Shown here piece after piece: positions 38,263 to 48,406 of a stretch of 64,000 nucleotides of DNA (position 1 is its first letter; every line of letters begins with the position of its first letter). A model generated the notes under the pieces. The model worked only from the letters and a program-made list of their open reading frames with translations. It did not search any database and had not been told where the DNA came from. Source of the stretch: Dehalococcoidia bacterium (GTDB lineage Bacteria; Chloroflexota; Dehalococcoidia; UBA2979); assembly GCA_964291495.2 (NCBI GenBank), contig OZ219872.1, forward strand, positions 704,001 through 768,000. Reading direction: 5' to 3'. Made by a program: the position numbers and the translations under genes.

Positions 38263-40026
38263 ATGCTCGTAGGCCGCGCGCACCGTTCGCTGCCGCCCCT
38301 GCTCGCCGCCGCCATCGCGCTCGCGCTCACCGCCGCGCTGGCTGCCTGCACCAGCGAACCGGAGGAGCCCCCGCCGCCCGCAGCAGCCACGCCCGCCGCG
38401 GCACCAGCATCCGCCCCCGAGGCGACGCCATCCCCGACCCTCACCTCGACGCCCGCATCCACGCCGACGGCGACACCATCGCCCTCGCCAACTCCTACCG
38501 CCTCGCCAACTCCTACCGCCTCGCCAACTCCTACCGCCTCGCCAACTCCTACCGCCTCGCTGACTCCGACGCCCTCGCCCACGCCAGCGGCAACGCCCGA
38601 ACCCACGCCGACGGCGACGCCGTCGCCCACGCCAACTCCGACGCCGATCGCCCCACCCGTCACGTTCCTGTTCGCGGAAGGCTTCTCATCCTCGGACCGA
38701 TCCGACGTCCGGCGCGAGATGGCGAACATCATGACTGTGTTCGCCGAGCGCTTCGGCGCACAGGCAACCGCGTTTACCGTCTCTGTCGGGGACCGCGATC
38801 CTGGTAGAGCCAGACCCGGCTTCATGGCTACCACGGCTAGTTTCTGGGACGCTGCCCACGAGTACTTCCACGTGCTCCAGTACGAGCTTGCCGACGGCCG
38901 CTCCCGGGGACCGCACTGGCTGGTCGAGGGTTCGGCGACTTACGCGGAAGAAACGTACGACGGAGACCTGGACTTCCGCCGCGCCATAGCGCCTGCCGGA
39001 GCGTCGTTTGTCGCCAGTATCAGAGAGACGGAGTCGGCAGACCAGGTTCGCCTCAACTACCACCTCGGCTTCCTTGCCGCCGACTGGCTTGTCGGTCACG
39101 CAGGTGAGCTCTCGCTGCTCGAGTTCTACCGCCTCCTGCCTGCCCATGACGGCTGGGAAGACGCGTTTGCGGCAGCCTTCGGCCTAACAATCGACGAGTT
39201 CTACAAACGGTTCGAGGAGCACCGTACGAGGATCGCTCCGCCGTTGCCCCACGTGACGGACGACGCCGTGACGCCAGTTGCCGTCTTCGTCGGGAACGTC
39301 CCAGATCACGTCCGTTCCGAAATCCAGGCCGAAATGAGCAGCGTGAGTGCATTCCTTGCCGAACGCTTTGGCGCCGAGGCGACCGAGTACTCCGTCTACG
39401 TCGGAGCGGACTGGGACAGCGTTGCCGCTCACAGTCGCCGGCTCTCGCTGAACCTCTGGTGGGACGACCGCATCCGGCGCCACTCACTGCCCCTGCCGTG
39501 GGCTTCCGGGTGCTCGAGAGGAGCGACGGGCTGGGTGATTCACGTGACCGGCTGCGGCTACTCGCCGGGTCCCAGCGTCTACATCAACTCCCACCTGCGC
39601 GTGCTGCTCGAGGGCAAGGACCAGAGGGACCTACCCCCGCTGTGGATGGAAGCGGGTGGAGGGGCGTACGTCGCGCTTGCCTACACCGCCACCACGGGGC
39701 CGGGACTCAGTGCTGAACTCTCCCGGCATAGGAGTGTGGTCGAGCAGTCAACCGTTCCACTCGCACAACTGGCGGCGACAGATGGCTGGGAGGAAGCAGG
39801 GGACGACGAACGGCTGGCGCTCAGCGTCGTGGCAGTGGACTGGCTGCTTCGACGAGCAGGAGACGCGGCCCTGTTCAACTACCTTCGGCTCCTTCCGGAA
39901 GGAACCCTTGGCCTACCGTCGGAGGTTGCGACGGCGGCGTCGGCATTCGAGCAGGCGTTCGGACTTACGATCGACGAATTCTATGACCAGTTCGACGTGT
40001 ACCGGTCCACTCTGACGGCCGAGTAG
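38263..40026 (+). CDS. Lipoprotein with Pro/Thr stalk, HEXXH gluzincin-like domain and a second degenerate copy of the domain
   Basis: Lipobox LAAC, PT linker, AHEYFHVLQ...WLVEGSATY; [13 protein letters not shown] recurs as [13 protein letters not shown]. Confidence 0.85.
   Translation: MLVGRAHRSLPPLLAAAIALALTAALAACTSEPEEPPPPAAATPAAAPASAPEATPSPTLTSTPASTPTATPSPSPTPTASPTPTASPTPTASPTPTASLTPTPSPTPAATPEPTPTATPSPTPTPTPIAPPVTFLFAEGFSSSDRSDVRREMANIMTVFAERFGAQATAFTVSVGDRDPGRARPGFMATTASFWDAAHEYFHVLQYELADGRSRGPHWLVEGSATYAEETYDGDLDFRRAIAPAGASFVASIRETESADQVRLNYHLGFLAADWLVGHAGELSLLEFYRLLPAHDGWEDAFAAAFGLTIDEFYKRFEEHRTRIAPPLPHVTDDAVTPVAVFVGNVPDHVRSEIQAEMSSVSAFLAERFGAEATEYSVYVGADWDSVAAHSRRLSLNLWWDDRIRRHSLPLPWASGCSRGATGWVIHVTGCGYSPGPSVYINSHLRVLLEGKDQRDLPPLWMEAGGGAYVALAYTATTGPGLSAELSRHRSVVEQSTVPLAQLAATDGWEEAGDDERLALSVVAVDWLLRRAGDAALFNYLRLLPEGTLGLPSEVATAASAFEQAFGLTIDEFYDQFDVYRSTLTAE
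38483..38560 (+). repeat. Coding 18-bp VNTR, CCTCGCCAACTCCTACCG x4 plus a partial copy
   Basis: Four perfect copies encoding SPTPTA. Confidence 0.92.
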
Positions 40027-40086
40027 CGGCCCCTCGCCTGCCTCGAACGGCTGTCGATCAAGTAGCGGGCGCGGGAGCGTCCGGCG

Positions 40087-42384
40087 CTAGCCGCCCTTCG
40101 ACTCGATCGCGTCGAGGACCGCTCCGGGGGTGATCGGCAGCCGGTTGATGCGCACGCCGATGGCGTGCGAGACCGCGTTCGCGACGGCGGCGAGCGGCGG
40201 GATGATCGAGGCCTCGCCGACGCCGCGCAGGCCGAACGGGTGGTGGGGGTTGGGCACCTCGATCATGACCGAATCGATCATCGGGATGTCCATCGCCGTC
40301 GGCATCCGGTAGTCGAGGAAGCTGCTGTTCAGCATCGCGCCCTCGGCGTCGTAGTAGTACTCCTCGTTCAACGCCCAGCCGATGCCCTGCACGGTGCCGC
40401 CCTGGATCTGCCCCTCGACGTAGCTGGGATGCACCGCCGTGCCCACGTCCATGAACGCGGTGTAGCGCAGGATCTGCACCTTGCCGGTCTCCGGATCGAC
40501 CTCGACATCCACGATGTTGCCCGCGATGACCGGGCCGACGCCCGTGGTCGGGACCGAGACCGAGCAGGTCACCGGGCCGCCGCTGCCCGGCAACTCGGCC
40601 GCCAGCTCCGCGAACGTGAACGTCAGCGCCGGATTCCCGGCGCAGCTGAACGCGCCGTCCTCGAAGGTCACGTCCTGCTCCTCGACCTCCCAGATCGCCG
40701 CCGCCCGAGCCCTCATCTGCCGGATCACTCCCTGCGCCGCCTCGATCGCCGCGAGGCCCGTGTCGAAGGCGGTGTGGCTGCCGCTGGTGGCGCCGGTGAG
40801 CGCGATGGTGTCGGTGTCGACCACCGTCGGCGTCACGTCCTCGGCGCTCAGGCCCAGCACCTCGGCGGCCTGCATTGCCACGGCGGTGCGCGAACCGCCG
40901 ATGTCCACCGAGCCGGTGACGAGGTTGATGGTGCCGTCGCTGTTGACGTGGATCGTCGCCGCCGAGCTCTGGCCTCCCTGCCAGCGGAAGCCGACGGCCA
41001 CGCCTCGCCCGCGGTTGGGGCCGCCGAGCCGCGCGTTGTAGTGGTCGTGGGCCTGCATCGCCTCTTCCAGCTCCTCGATGCCCAGCAGCAGGTGCGCGAC
41101 GCCGTTGGGCATGCGGTCGCCCTGCCTGGCGACGTTCAGGAGCCGGAGCTCGAGGGGGTCGATGTCCAGCAGCTCCGCGAGCTCGTCGATGACGGGCTCG
41201 ACGGCGAACGCGCCCTGCGGCTGTCCCGGCGCGCGATAGGCCTGGGTCTTGTTCTTGTTGACGACCACGTCGTAGCCGTCGACGAGGAGATTCTCGATGT
41301 TGTACGGACCGGTGGCGCAGAGCGTGCCCCCGCCGACGGCCGAGCCGGGGAAGGCGCCCGCCTCGAAGGTCAGCGTGATCTGAGCGGCAGTGATCCGGCC
41401 GTCCCGGGTCGCGCCGATCTTCGTGCGCGCGTGGCTCGCCGAGGCGGGGCCGGTGCCCTCGAAGACGTCCTTGCGGGTCATCACGACCTGCACGGGCCGC
41501 CCGCTCTTGCGCGAGAGGATCGCGGCGACGGGCTCGACGTACGCGACGAGCTTGGCCCCGAACCCGCCGCCGATCTCGGTCGGCACGACCTTCACCGTCG
41601 ACTCGGGCACATCGCAGATCGCGGCGGTCGCCGCGCGGATCGGGAAGGCCCCCTGGGTGCAGGTATGTACCGTGAGGCGGCCGTCACGCGCCCAGGTGGC
41701 AGTGGCCGCGTGAGGCTCGATGTAGCCCTGGTGGACGGTCTCCGTGAAGAACTCACGCTCGACGACCACGTCGGCCTGCCGGAAGCCCTCCTCGACATCG
41801 CCGAGCTTGTGCTGGATGTGGGAGGCGACATTGCCGCGAACCCCGGTGTCGTCCCCGCGGGCGAAGCGCGCGAGCCGGAAGAAGGTCGTCAGGTCCTCGT
41901 GGATGATGGGTGCGTCGTCCGCCATGGCCTCGGCCAGCGAGAGGACCGCCGGAAGCACCTCGTAGTCCACCTCGATCAGCGCGAGGGCGTCCTCGGCCAC
42001 GTGGGGACTGCTTGCGGCGACCGCCGCGACCGCATGCCCCTTGTAGAGGGCCGTCCTGTGGGCCATGACGTGCTCGGCCATCAACCGCATGTTCCCGCGA
42101 ACGAGCGCCAGGTCGAGATCCTGATCGCCGATGATCGGAATGTCGGCCGAGGTCATCACGGCGAACACGCCGGGGAGCGCCTCCGCCTCACTGGTGTCGA
42201 TGGACCGGATGCGCGCGTGGGCGTGCGGGCTCCTGAGGATCCTCCCGTGGAGCATGCCGGGAAGCCGGATGTCGGCCCCGTACCGGGCCTCGCCGGTGAC
42301 CTTCTCCGAGCCGTCGTGCCGGATCGGCCTCGTCCCGACGACGGCGTAGCCGCCGCTCACCCGGGGTCGTTCGGTTGTCGTCAT
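40087..42384 (-). CDS. Xanthine dehydrogenase family molybdopterin-binding large subunit
   Basis: ATG 42384; RSPHAHARI, HQGYIEP, IGGGFGAK, AYRAPG, EGQIQGG, GVGE. Confidence 0.93.
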   Translation of the reverse strand: MTTTERPRVSGGYAVVGTRPIRHDGSEKVTGEARYGADIRLPGMLHGRILRSPHAHARIRSIDTSEAEALPGVFAVMTSADIPIIGDQDLDLALVRGNMRLMAEHVMAHRTALYKGHAVAAVAASSPHVAEDALALIEVDYEVLPAVLSLAEAMADDAPIIHEDLTTFFRLARFARGDDTGVRGNVASHIQHKLGDVEEGFRQADVVVEREFFTETVHQGYIEPHAATATWARDGRLTVHTCTQGAFPIRAATAAICDVPESTVKVVPTEIGGGFGAKLVAYVEPVAAILSRKSGRPVQVVMTRKDVFEGTGPASASHARTKIGATRDGRITAAQITLTFEAGAFPGSAVGGGTLCATGPYNIENLLVDGYDVVVNKNKTQAYRAPGQPQGAFAVEPVIDELAELLDIDPLELRLLNVARQGDRMPNGVAHLLLGIEELEEAMQAHDHYNARLGGPNRGRGVAVGFRWQGGQSSAATIHVNSDGTINLVTGSVDIGGSRTAVAMQAAEVLGLSAEDVTPTVVDTDTIALTGATSGSHTAFDTGLAAIEAAQGVIRQMRARAAAIWEVEEQDVTFEDGAFSCAGNPALTFTFAELAAELPGSGGPVTCSVSVPTTGVGPVIAGNIVDVEVDPETGKVQILRYTAFMDVGTAVHPSYVEGQIQGGTVQGIGWALNEEYYYDAEGAMLNSSFLDYRMPTAMDIPMIDSVMIEVPNPHHPFGLRGVGEASIIPPLAAVANAVSHAIGVRINRLPITPGAVLDAIESKGG

Positions 42385-42480
42385 TTCGCCGCTCCTCGCC
42401 GGTTCCGAAGGCCGCCGCCCCGATACTACGCGCTGCGCGAGCGGCTCGAGGAATAGCGCCCCGCATCGGCCCCCTCCCCT

Positions 42481-42927
42481 CCGGCCCCCTCTCCTGGGGG
42501 AGAGGGCGGGGGTGAGGGGGCTCGCCGGACCCACGGCTGGCTCTTGAGGTGCGCACCCCGCCGCTCGCCGGAACCATCGCCTCCCTCCGGCCCCCTCTCC
42601 TGGGGAGAGGGCGGGGGTGAGGGGGCTCGCCAGACCCACGACTGGCTCTTGAGGCACGCACCCTGCCGCTCGCCGGAACCATCGCCTCCCTCCGGCCCCC
42701 TCTCCTGGGGGAGAGGGCGGGGGTGAGGGGGCTCGCCAGACCCACGACTGGCTCTTGAGGCACGCACCCTGCCGCTCGCCGGAACCATCGCCCCCCCTCC
42801 GGCCCCCTCTCCTGGGGGAGAGCCGTGTCTTGTGGGGGATCCCCCCACACCCCCCCGCGGGTGAGGGGGCTCGCCGGACCTGCGACCGGCTCTTGAGGCA
42901 CGCACCCTGCCGCTCGCCGGAACCATC
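42481..42927. repeat. Four tandem units of about 106 bp with BoxC-like cores
   Basis: Units start at 42481, 42587, 42692 and 42799; the fourth carries an inserted TGTGGGGGATCCCCCCACA hairpin. Confidence 0.93.
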
Positions 42928-43954
42928 ACGACGCGAGGCGGTGCAGCAGCACGCCGTCGCGCGGCTCGCAGGCCGCCTCGCCGCGGGCGACGAGGACGTC
43001 GAGCTGGCCGATCAGCTCCGTCAGCGCCTGCGCGATGCGCGCGTCCGGGAGGTGCGGGAAGAGGCGGCGCACGAGGCCATAGGCGCTGTCCGGTCGCTCC
43101 TCGAGCAGCCCGCGCACGAGCGCCTGGCGGCGGGCGTGGTGGCGCTCGAAGCGGACGAACAGCCGCTCCGCCGCCTCGCCGTCGACCGGCGCGCCGTGGC
43201 CCGGCAGCACGCGCCGCACGCCCAGCCCGCGCAGCCGCTCGACGGAGGCCACGAACGGCGGCAGCGAGGGCCAGCGCTCGCCCGGCGCGCCGCCGGGGGC
43301 GGCGGGGAAGTGCAGCCCCGGCGTCGGCGTCGTGTGCGGCAGCAGGGTGTCGCCGGAGTAGAGGTCGCCCGTCGCCTCGACGAAGGCGACGAGGTTGCCC
43401 GGCGTGTGCCCCGGCGCGGCGACCACCCGCAGGCTCGCGCCACCCTCGAGGGCGAACTCCGCGCCGTCGGCGACCGCCTCGATGACCTCGCGCGGGCAGG
43501 CCCGCCAGCGGTAGACGGGCGGCCTGCGCCGCGTCGGCTGGCCGAAGCGGGCAACGAGCTCCGGCGGGCAGCCGTGCTCGACAAGCGTGCGCAGGCGCGT
43601 CTCGACGCGGGCGTCGTTCCAGGGCTGGCCAGTCGCGATCGGCTCGATGTCGTCCGCGCCGGCGAGGATGCGCGCGCCCTCGGCGGCCCAGCGCCAGGCG
43701 AGCCCGCAATGATCGAGGTGCCAGTGGGTGAGCAGCACCACACGCACGTCACCGGGCGCGAACCCGCCCGCCGCGAGCAGCGCGACGACCTCCCCCCACG
43801 TTCCACCCTCGAGGTCCGTGTCGCCCTCGGAGCCCTCGCCGTCCGCTGCGCCGGGTATGTCCGGCCCGGCGTCGACGAGCAGCACGCCGCCCTCGGCGAG
43901 CGGCAGCGCGTAGGCCGCGTTGTCGCCGAGCGGGAGGGGGAGCGGGTCAGTCAT
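42926..43954 (-). CDS. MBL-fold metallo-hydrolase with C-terminal winged-helix-like tail
   Basis: ATG 43954; LVDAG, THWHLDHCG, PGHTPG, SGDTLL, LPGHG. Confidence 0.9.
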   Translation of the reverse strand: MTDPLPLPLGDNAAYALPLAEGGVLLVDAGPDIPGAADGEGSEGDTDLEGGTWGEVVALLAAGGFAPGDVRVVLLTHWHLDHCGLAWRWAAEGARILAGADDIEPIATGQPWNDARVETRLRTLVEHGCPPELVARFGQPTRRRPPVYRWRACPREVIEAVADGAEFALEGGASLRVVAAPGHTPGNLVAFVEATGDLYSGDTLLPHTTPTPGLHFPAAPGGAPGERWPSLPPFVASVERLRGLGVRRVLPGHGAPVDGEAAERLFVRFERHHARRQALVRGLLEERPDSAYGLVRRLFPHLPDARIAQALTELIGQLDVLVARGEAACEPRDGVLLHRLAS

Positions 43955-44014
43955 GCGGGTACACTGCGAACCGCCAGCGCCGGGCGCAAGTCGCCGGGCT
44001 CGACGGGAGGCGAC

Positions 44015-44980
44015 ATGAGCAAGGGACCGCTGTTCTCCACCTACAGGCAGGGCGAGAACAGGGTGACGGCCTCGATGCTCGCGGTGCTCGAGCGGATCGA
44101 TCTGGCGCTGCTGGAGCGGCTGCTCGGTGCAGCGAGCGGTGAGTCCGAGTTGCAGATGGTGAGCTTTCGGAACCAGATCGCTGGCACAGGCTCGGTCCCG
44201 GACGCCGGTATCTCCGCGCACTTCAACTACCTGTTCGAGGTCAAGACCACTCGCGAGGCTGTGGGAGTGCGGCAGTTGCGAGCGCACCTCGGTTCCTTGG
44301 GGGGCGAGGGCGACCAGCGTCTGTTCGTGGTCACACCTGACATTGATGAGCCCGGAGCAGTTGCGGCTCTCCGGGACGAGGACTCACGGGTCTCATGGAT
44401 CGGCTTCGCGGCGCTAACCGATGCGATCGGCGAACTGCTAGTGAGTCCGGACGGCGCCGTTGCGGAACGCGAAGCCTTCCTCTTGCGCGAGCTAGTGCAA
44501 CTCTTCGAAGCTGACGGACTACTCGCCACGCCCGAAGACGTGGTTATCGTCCCGGCGAGGAAGGCCTACCCGTCTTACCAGAACTACAGCCAGTACTTCT
44601 GTCAGCCAGGTCGCACCTTCCGTCCCGGCCTCCGCTACCTCGGCTTCTACACGAGCAAGGCGATCCAGCCAGAAGTCGCAGCGATTCTCGACCACAGGGA
44701 TCACGTTCCGATCTCTCAATCGTCTGCGGACGAACTCGCCATGAGCGAGGACCCCTCGGATCGCAACTTTGCGGACGTGATTCGCTACATCATCGACGAG
44801 ACCGGTAATGAAGACTGGGAGGCTCAAGTCTTCCTGCTCAGTGACCCCGGGGACGAGCGGACCATCCTCCTTCCACGCCCGATCCAACACGAGGGACGAG
44901 GAGCGTGGACGCAGAACCAACGCTACGTCTCTTCCGACATCTTGCGGTCAGAACCGACGACCACGGATGAACTTGGCTGA
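44015..44980 (+). CDS. PD-(D/E)XK nuclease-like protein
   Basis: ATG 44015 with SD GGAGG; ENRVT, SVPDA...FEVKT...QLRAH; many A/T-ending codons. Confidence 0.75.
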   Translation: MSKGPLFSTYRQGENRVTASMLAVLERIDLALLERLLGAASGESELQMVSFRNQIAGTGSVPDAGISAHFNYLFEVKTTREAVGVRQLRAHLGSLGGEGDQRLFVVTPDIDEPGAVAALRDEDSRVSWIGFAALTDAIGELLVSPDGAVAEREAFLLRELVQLFEADGLLATPEDVVIVPARKAYPSYQNYSQYFCQPGRTFRPGLRYLGFYTSKAIQPEVAAILDHRDHVPISQSSADELAMSEDPSDRNFADVIRYIIDETGNEDWEAQVFLLSDPGDERTILLPRPIQHEGRGAWTQNQRYVSSDILRSEPTTTDELG

Positions 44981-44984
44981 CCCG

Positions 44985-45242
44985 ATGACGCCAGCCGCCC
45001 TCCCACCGACCAATGCCGACGTGCTGCAAGCCGTCCGCCAGACCCTCGCCGCTGGCCCGCGCGAGTACCTCCTGCCCGACTTCCTCGCCGCCGTGGACTG
45101 GTCCGAGGCCGTACGGCCAGCGCCCGAGGTCGCGGATCTGCTCGGCCGTCTCGAGCTGTGGGACTCCGAGTACCGCGAGGGCGATCTGGGCTGGGACGAG
45201 TTCGCCACAGCGCTCAGCGCCCTAGACGCCGACGCGGCGTAA
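44985..45242 (+). CDS. Small acidic hypothetical protein
   Basis: MTPAALPP... 85 aa, 4 nt after the nuclease stop; host-like codons. Confidence 0.6.
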   Translation: MTPAALPPTNADVLQAVRQTLAAGPREYLLPDFLAAVDWSEAVRPAPEVADLLGRLELWDSEYREGDLGWDEFATALSALDADAA

Positions 45243-45248
45243 CCGCCC

Positions 45249-46475
45249 TCACGCCCCCAGCAGCCAGCGCCGCACGAGGTCGAGTGCGACCGTGGTGGCG
45301 CGGCGCTTGGCGGCGTCGCGGCCCTGGTAGTAGGAGTACGTCTGGTACTCGGTGCGCTCGCCGTCCGTCAGCGCGATGTGCATCGTGCCCGGCGGCTGGC
45401 CCTCGATCTCGTCGCCGCCCGCGATTCCCGTGAGGCCGAGGCCGAGGTCCGCGCCGAGCTGCTCTCGCGCCGCCGCCGCCATCGCCTCCGCCGTCTCGCG
45501 CGAGATCACGCCGTGCAGCAGCGGCACTTCGGCGGGCACGCCGTGCGCGATCTTCGCCTCGGTGGCGTACGTCACCAGGCTGCCGCGGAAGTAGTCCGAG
45601 GACCCCGCCACGTCCGTGATGGCGCTCGCGATCGCCCCGCCCGTCGCCGACTCCATCACCGCCAGCGTCAGGCCGCGATCGCGCAGCAGCCGGCCGACGC
45701 CCGCCGGCAGCGTGTCGTCGTCCTCGCCCCAGACGGAACCCCCGAGGATGCCGCGCACCTTCTCGGCGAGCGGGTGGATCAGCCGCCACGCGTCCTCGCG
45801 CGTCGGCGCCTTCGCGCTGAGCCGCACGTGGATGCCGTCGCGGCGCGCGTAGATGCCGATCGAGGGGTTCGTGGTGTCCAGCAGGTCGGCCAGCATCTGG
45901 TCGACCTGCGACTCGCCGAGGGTGGCGGTCTTGATCGTGTGCGAGACGAGGATCGCGCTCGCCCGCTCCTCGAGGCGCGGCGCGACCTGCTGCTCCCACA
46001 TGAAGGTCATCTCCTGCGGCGGGCCGGGCACCAGCACGATCACGTGGCCGCCGCGCTCCACCCACCAGCCGGGCGCGGTGCCGCGCGGGTTGGGCAGCGC
46101 CTGCGCCGAGGGGATCAGCCACGCCTGCTTCATGTTGCGCTCGACGAGCGCGGCCCCGCGGTGGCCGAAGCGCTGCTCCAGCAGCGCGCGCTGCTCCTCG
46201 TCGATGTAGACCTCCTCGCCGAGGACGGCGGAGACGGCCTCGCGCGTCACGTCGTCCTCGGTGGGACCGAGGCCGCCGCTGGCGATGGTCAGCTCGGAGC
46301 GTTCCCAGGCGCGGGCGAAGACCTCGCGCAGCCGCGCCGGGTTGTCGCCCACCTGCGAGACGTGCAGCAGGTCGATGCCGAACTCCGGCAGTTGCGAGGC
46401 GATGAAGGCGGCGTTGGTGTCGACGATCTCGCCGAGCAGGATCTCGGTCCCGATGGAGACGATCTCAGCGCGCAT
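45249..46475 (-). CDS. cinA: CinA competence/damage-inducible protein with PncC-like NMN deamidase domain
   Basis: IGTEILLGEIVDTN, GGLGPTEDDVT, GTAPG, PGPPQEM, ESATGG, TGIAG. Confidence 0.94.
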   Translation of the reverse strand: MRAEIVSIGTEILLGEIVDTNAAFIASQLPEFGIDLLHVSQVGDNPARLREVFARAWERSELTIASGGLGPTEDDVTREAVSAVLGEEVYIDEEQRALLEQRFGHRGAALVERNMKQAWLIPSAQALPNPRGTAPGWWVERGGHVIVLVPGPPQEMTFMWEQQVAPRLEERASAILVSHTIKTATLGESQVDQMLADLLDTTNPSIGIYARRDGIHVRLSAKAPTREDAWRLIHPLAEKVRGILGGSVWGEDDDTLPAGVGRLLRDRGLTLAVMESATGGAIASAITDVAGSSDYFRGSLVTYATEAKIAHGVPAEVPLLHGVISRETAEAMAAAAREQLGADLGLGLTGIAGGDEIEGQPPGTMHIALTDGERTEYQTYSYYQGRDAAKRRATTVALDLVRRWLLGA

Positions 46476-46554
46476 CAGGCCTCCTCGCCCGCGCCGCCCG
46501 TACGGGGCGCGTGGAGGATAGCAAGGGATGCTGCTGCGGGAGGCACGGCAGCGC

Positions 46555-47208
46555 CTACACGCGCAGCGGCGGCGCGCCCGCCGGGCGCCACGTCATGGCC
46601 TCGACGCGCTCGCCGGCGAGCGAGGCCTCGACGAGGCGGTCGCGCCCGATGACGACCGAGGCGGCCGTGCAGGGGTTGGGCGCGCCCGGCGTCTCGCCGA
46701 TCGGGACGATCGAGGCGCGCAGCAGGTCCGGCTCCAGTTCGAGCAGCGCGATCGCGCCGAGGCGCGTCGTGCGGTGGTGCGGGAAGCTCGGGCTGGCCGG
46801 GTCGAGCAGCAGCACGCCGTCGCGGTACTCGAGCCGCTCGTAGTGCGAGTCGCCGGCGATCAGCACGTCGAGCTCGGCGTCGCCGTAGACCTCGCGCGAG
46901 AGATCTCGAGGCGTCTCGATGCCGCGCGGGATCGCCTCCACGTCGTGGACCATGCCGATCCGCCAGCCGGCGTGCTCGACGAGCTGGACGGGAGCGCAGC
47001 GCGCGTCCTCGAAGTGGTCGTGCCCACCGAGCGAGCAGCGCACGGGCGCGAACTGCTCGCACCAGTCCAGCACCGAGGGCTCCGTCACGTCGCCGCCGTG
47101 GAGGATCAGGTCCGCCGAGGCGAGCTGGTCCTCGAGCGTGCCGCCCAGCTCGCCGGGGTGGCGCATGGTGCTCGGCATGTGGGTGTCGGAGAGGACGGCG
47201 ATACGCAT
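46555..47208 (-). CDS. YfcE-like metallophosphoesterase (divergent motifs)
   Basis: ATG 47208; SDTH, HGGD, GGHD (for GNHD), GDSH (for GHTH), DPAS (for NPGS). Confidence 0.85.
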   Translation of the reverse strand: MRIAVLSDTHMPSTMRHPGELGGTLEDQLASADLILHGGDVTEPSVLDWCEQFAPVRCSLGGHDHFEDARCAPVQLVEHAGWRIGMVHDVEAIPRGIETPRDLSREVYGDAELDVLIAGDSHYERLEYRDGVLLLDPASPSFPHHRTTRLGAIALLELEPDLLRASIVPIGETPGAPNPCTAASVVIGRDRLVEASLAGERVEAMTWRPAGAPPLRV

Positions 47209-47330
47209 CGCGCGATGGTACGCGCGATGCCGCTCAGCCGCGCGCAGTCGCCGTCGAGGCCGCGCACGGCGGACCGTCGTGCGCGACAATGGATCGCGGG
47301 GGCCAGGCGATCGCGAAAGGACGCACGGCG

Positions 47331-48119
47331 ATGGCGAAGCGCAGTCACGAGGTCGACTACCAGATCCACGGAGACGACTTGCAGTTCGTCGAGGTCGAGC
47401 TGGACCCCGGCGAGACGGTGATCGGCGAGGCGGGGGCGATGATGTTCCTCGACTCCGGCGTCACCTTCGAGGCGAAGATGGGCGACGGCGCGGAGCCCGA
47501 GCGGGGGATGTTCGGGAAGCTGATGGACGCCGGCAAGCGCGCGCTGGCGCAGGAGTCGATCTTCATCACGCACTTCACGAACAGCGGCCGCGGCAAGCAG
47601 GTGGTCGCCTTCTCGACCGAGTTCCCCGGCCGGATCGTGCCGATCGACCTCGACGAACTGGGCGGCGAGATCATCGCCCAGAAGGACGCCTTCCTCTGCG
47701 CCGCGCTCGGCACGAAGATCGACATCGCCTTCCGGCGCAACCTCGGCGTCGGCCTGTTCGGCGGCGAGGGCTTCATCCTGCAGCGCCTGCAGGGCGACGG
47801 CATGGCCTTCCTCTCGGTCGGCGGCACGGTGATCGAGAAGCGCCTCGAGGGCGACCAGCTGCTGGTCGATACCGGCTGCCTGGTCGCGATGGAGCCGGGC
47901 ATCGACTACGACATCCAGCGCGCCGGCAACCTCAAGTCGATGCTGTTCGGCGGGGAGGGCCTGTTCCTCGCGAGCCTCTCCGGGCATGGCCGGGTCTGGC
48001 TGCAGTCGATGCCCTTCTCACGGCTGGCCGGGCGCATCCTCGCCTACGCGCCCACGCCCGGAAACCAGACCCGCGGCGAGGGCTCAATCATCGGCGGGCT
48101 CGGGCTCGGCGGCCGCTAG
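47331..48119 (+). CDS. TIGR00266 / AIM24 family protein
   Basis: [57 protein letters not shown]. Confidence 0.92.
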   Translation: MAKRSHEVDYQIHGDDLQFVEVELDPGETVIGEAGAMMFLDSGVTFEAKMGDGAEPERGMFGKLMDAGKRALAQESIFITHFTNSGRGKQVVAFSTEFPGRIVPIDLDELGGEIIAQKDAFLCAALGTKIDIAFRRNLGVGLFGGEGFILQRLQGDGMAFLSVGGTVIEKRLEGDQLLVDTGCLVAMEPGIDYDIQRAGNLKSMLFGGEGLFLASLSGHGRVWLQSMPFSRLAGRILAYAPTPGNQTRGEGSIIGGLGLGGR

Positions 48120-48132
48120 CGCACGGCCAGCC

Positions 48133-48390
48133 TCCCTCACCCTCCGCCCTCTCCCTCGGGGAGAGGGGACCGGATCCGACCCCCTCTCCTGGGGGAGAGG
48201 GTTGGGGTGAGGGGGCTCGCCGGCCGGACTGCCGCCTCGATGGAGTGTTTGCGCCCGGAGCCCCGTGTCCGACGGAGGCGAAGGGCGCGCTGCGCGCGCT
48301 CCCCCTCACCCCCCGCCCTCTCCCGCGAGGGGAGAGGGAGCCGGATCCGCCCTCACCCCCACCCTCTCCCCGGGCGGGAGAGGGGGTCGG
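48133..48390. repeat. Cluster of BoxC-like repeats in both orientations
   Basis: At least four CCCTCACC..CCCTCTCC..GGGAGAGGG units between convergent genes. Confidence 0.88.
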
Positions 48391-48406
48391 AGCGTGTGCG
48401 TGCTCG

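Noticed and set aside
40087-42384. CO dehydrogenase coxL
   Set aside because: The active-site loop is AYRAPG with no Cu-binding Cys, and coxMS are absent.
42385-42657. N-terminal repeat extension of the molybdoenzyme
   Set aside because: It is read-through of the intergenic repeat array; the conserved N-terminus begins at ATG 42384 with a GGAG SD upstream.
42481-42927. Possible CRISPR array
   Set aside because: Whole units of about 106 bp are near-identical with no unique spacers, and there are no cas genes in the window.
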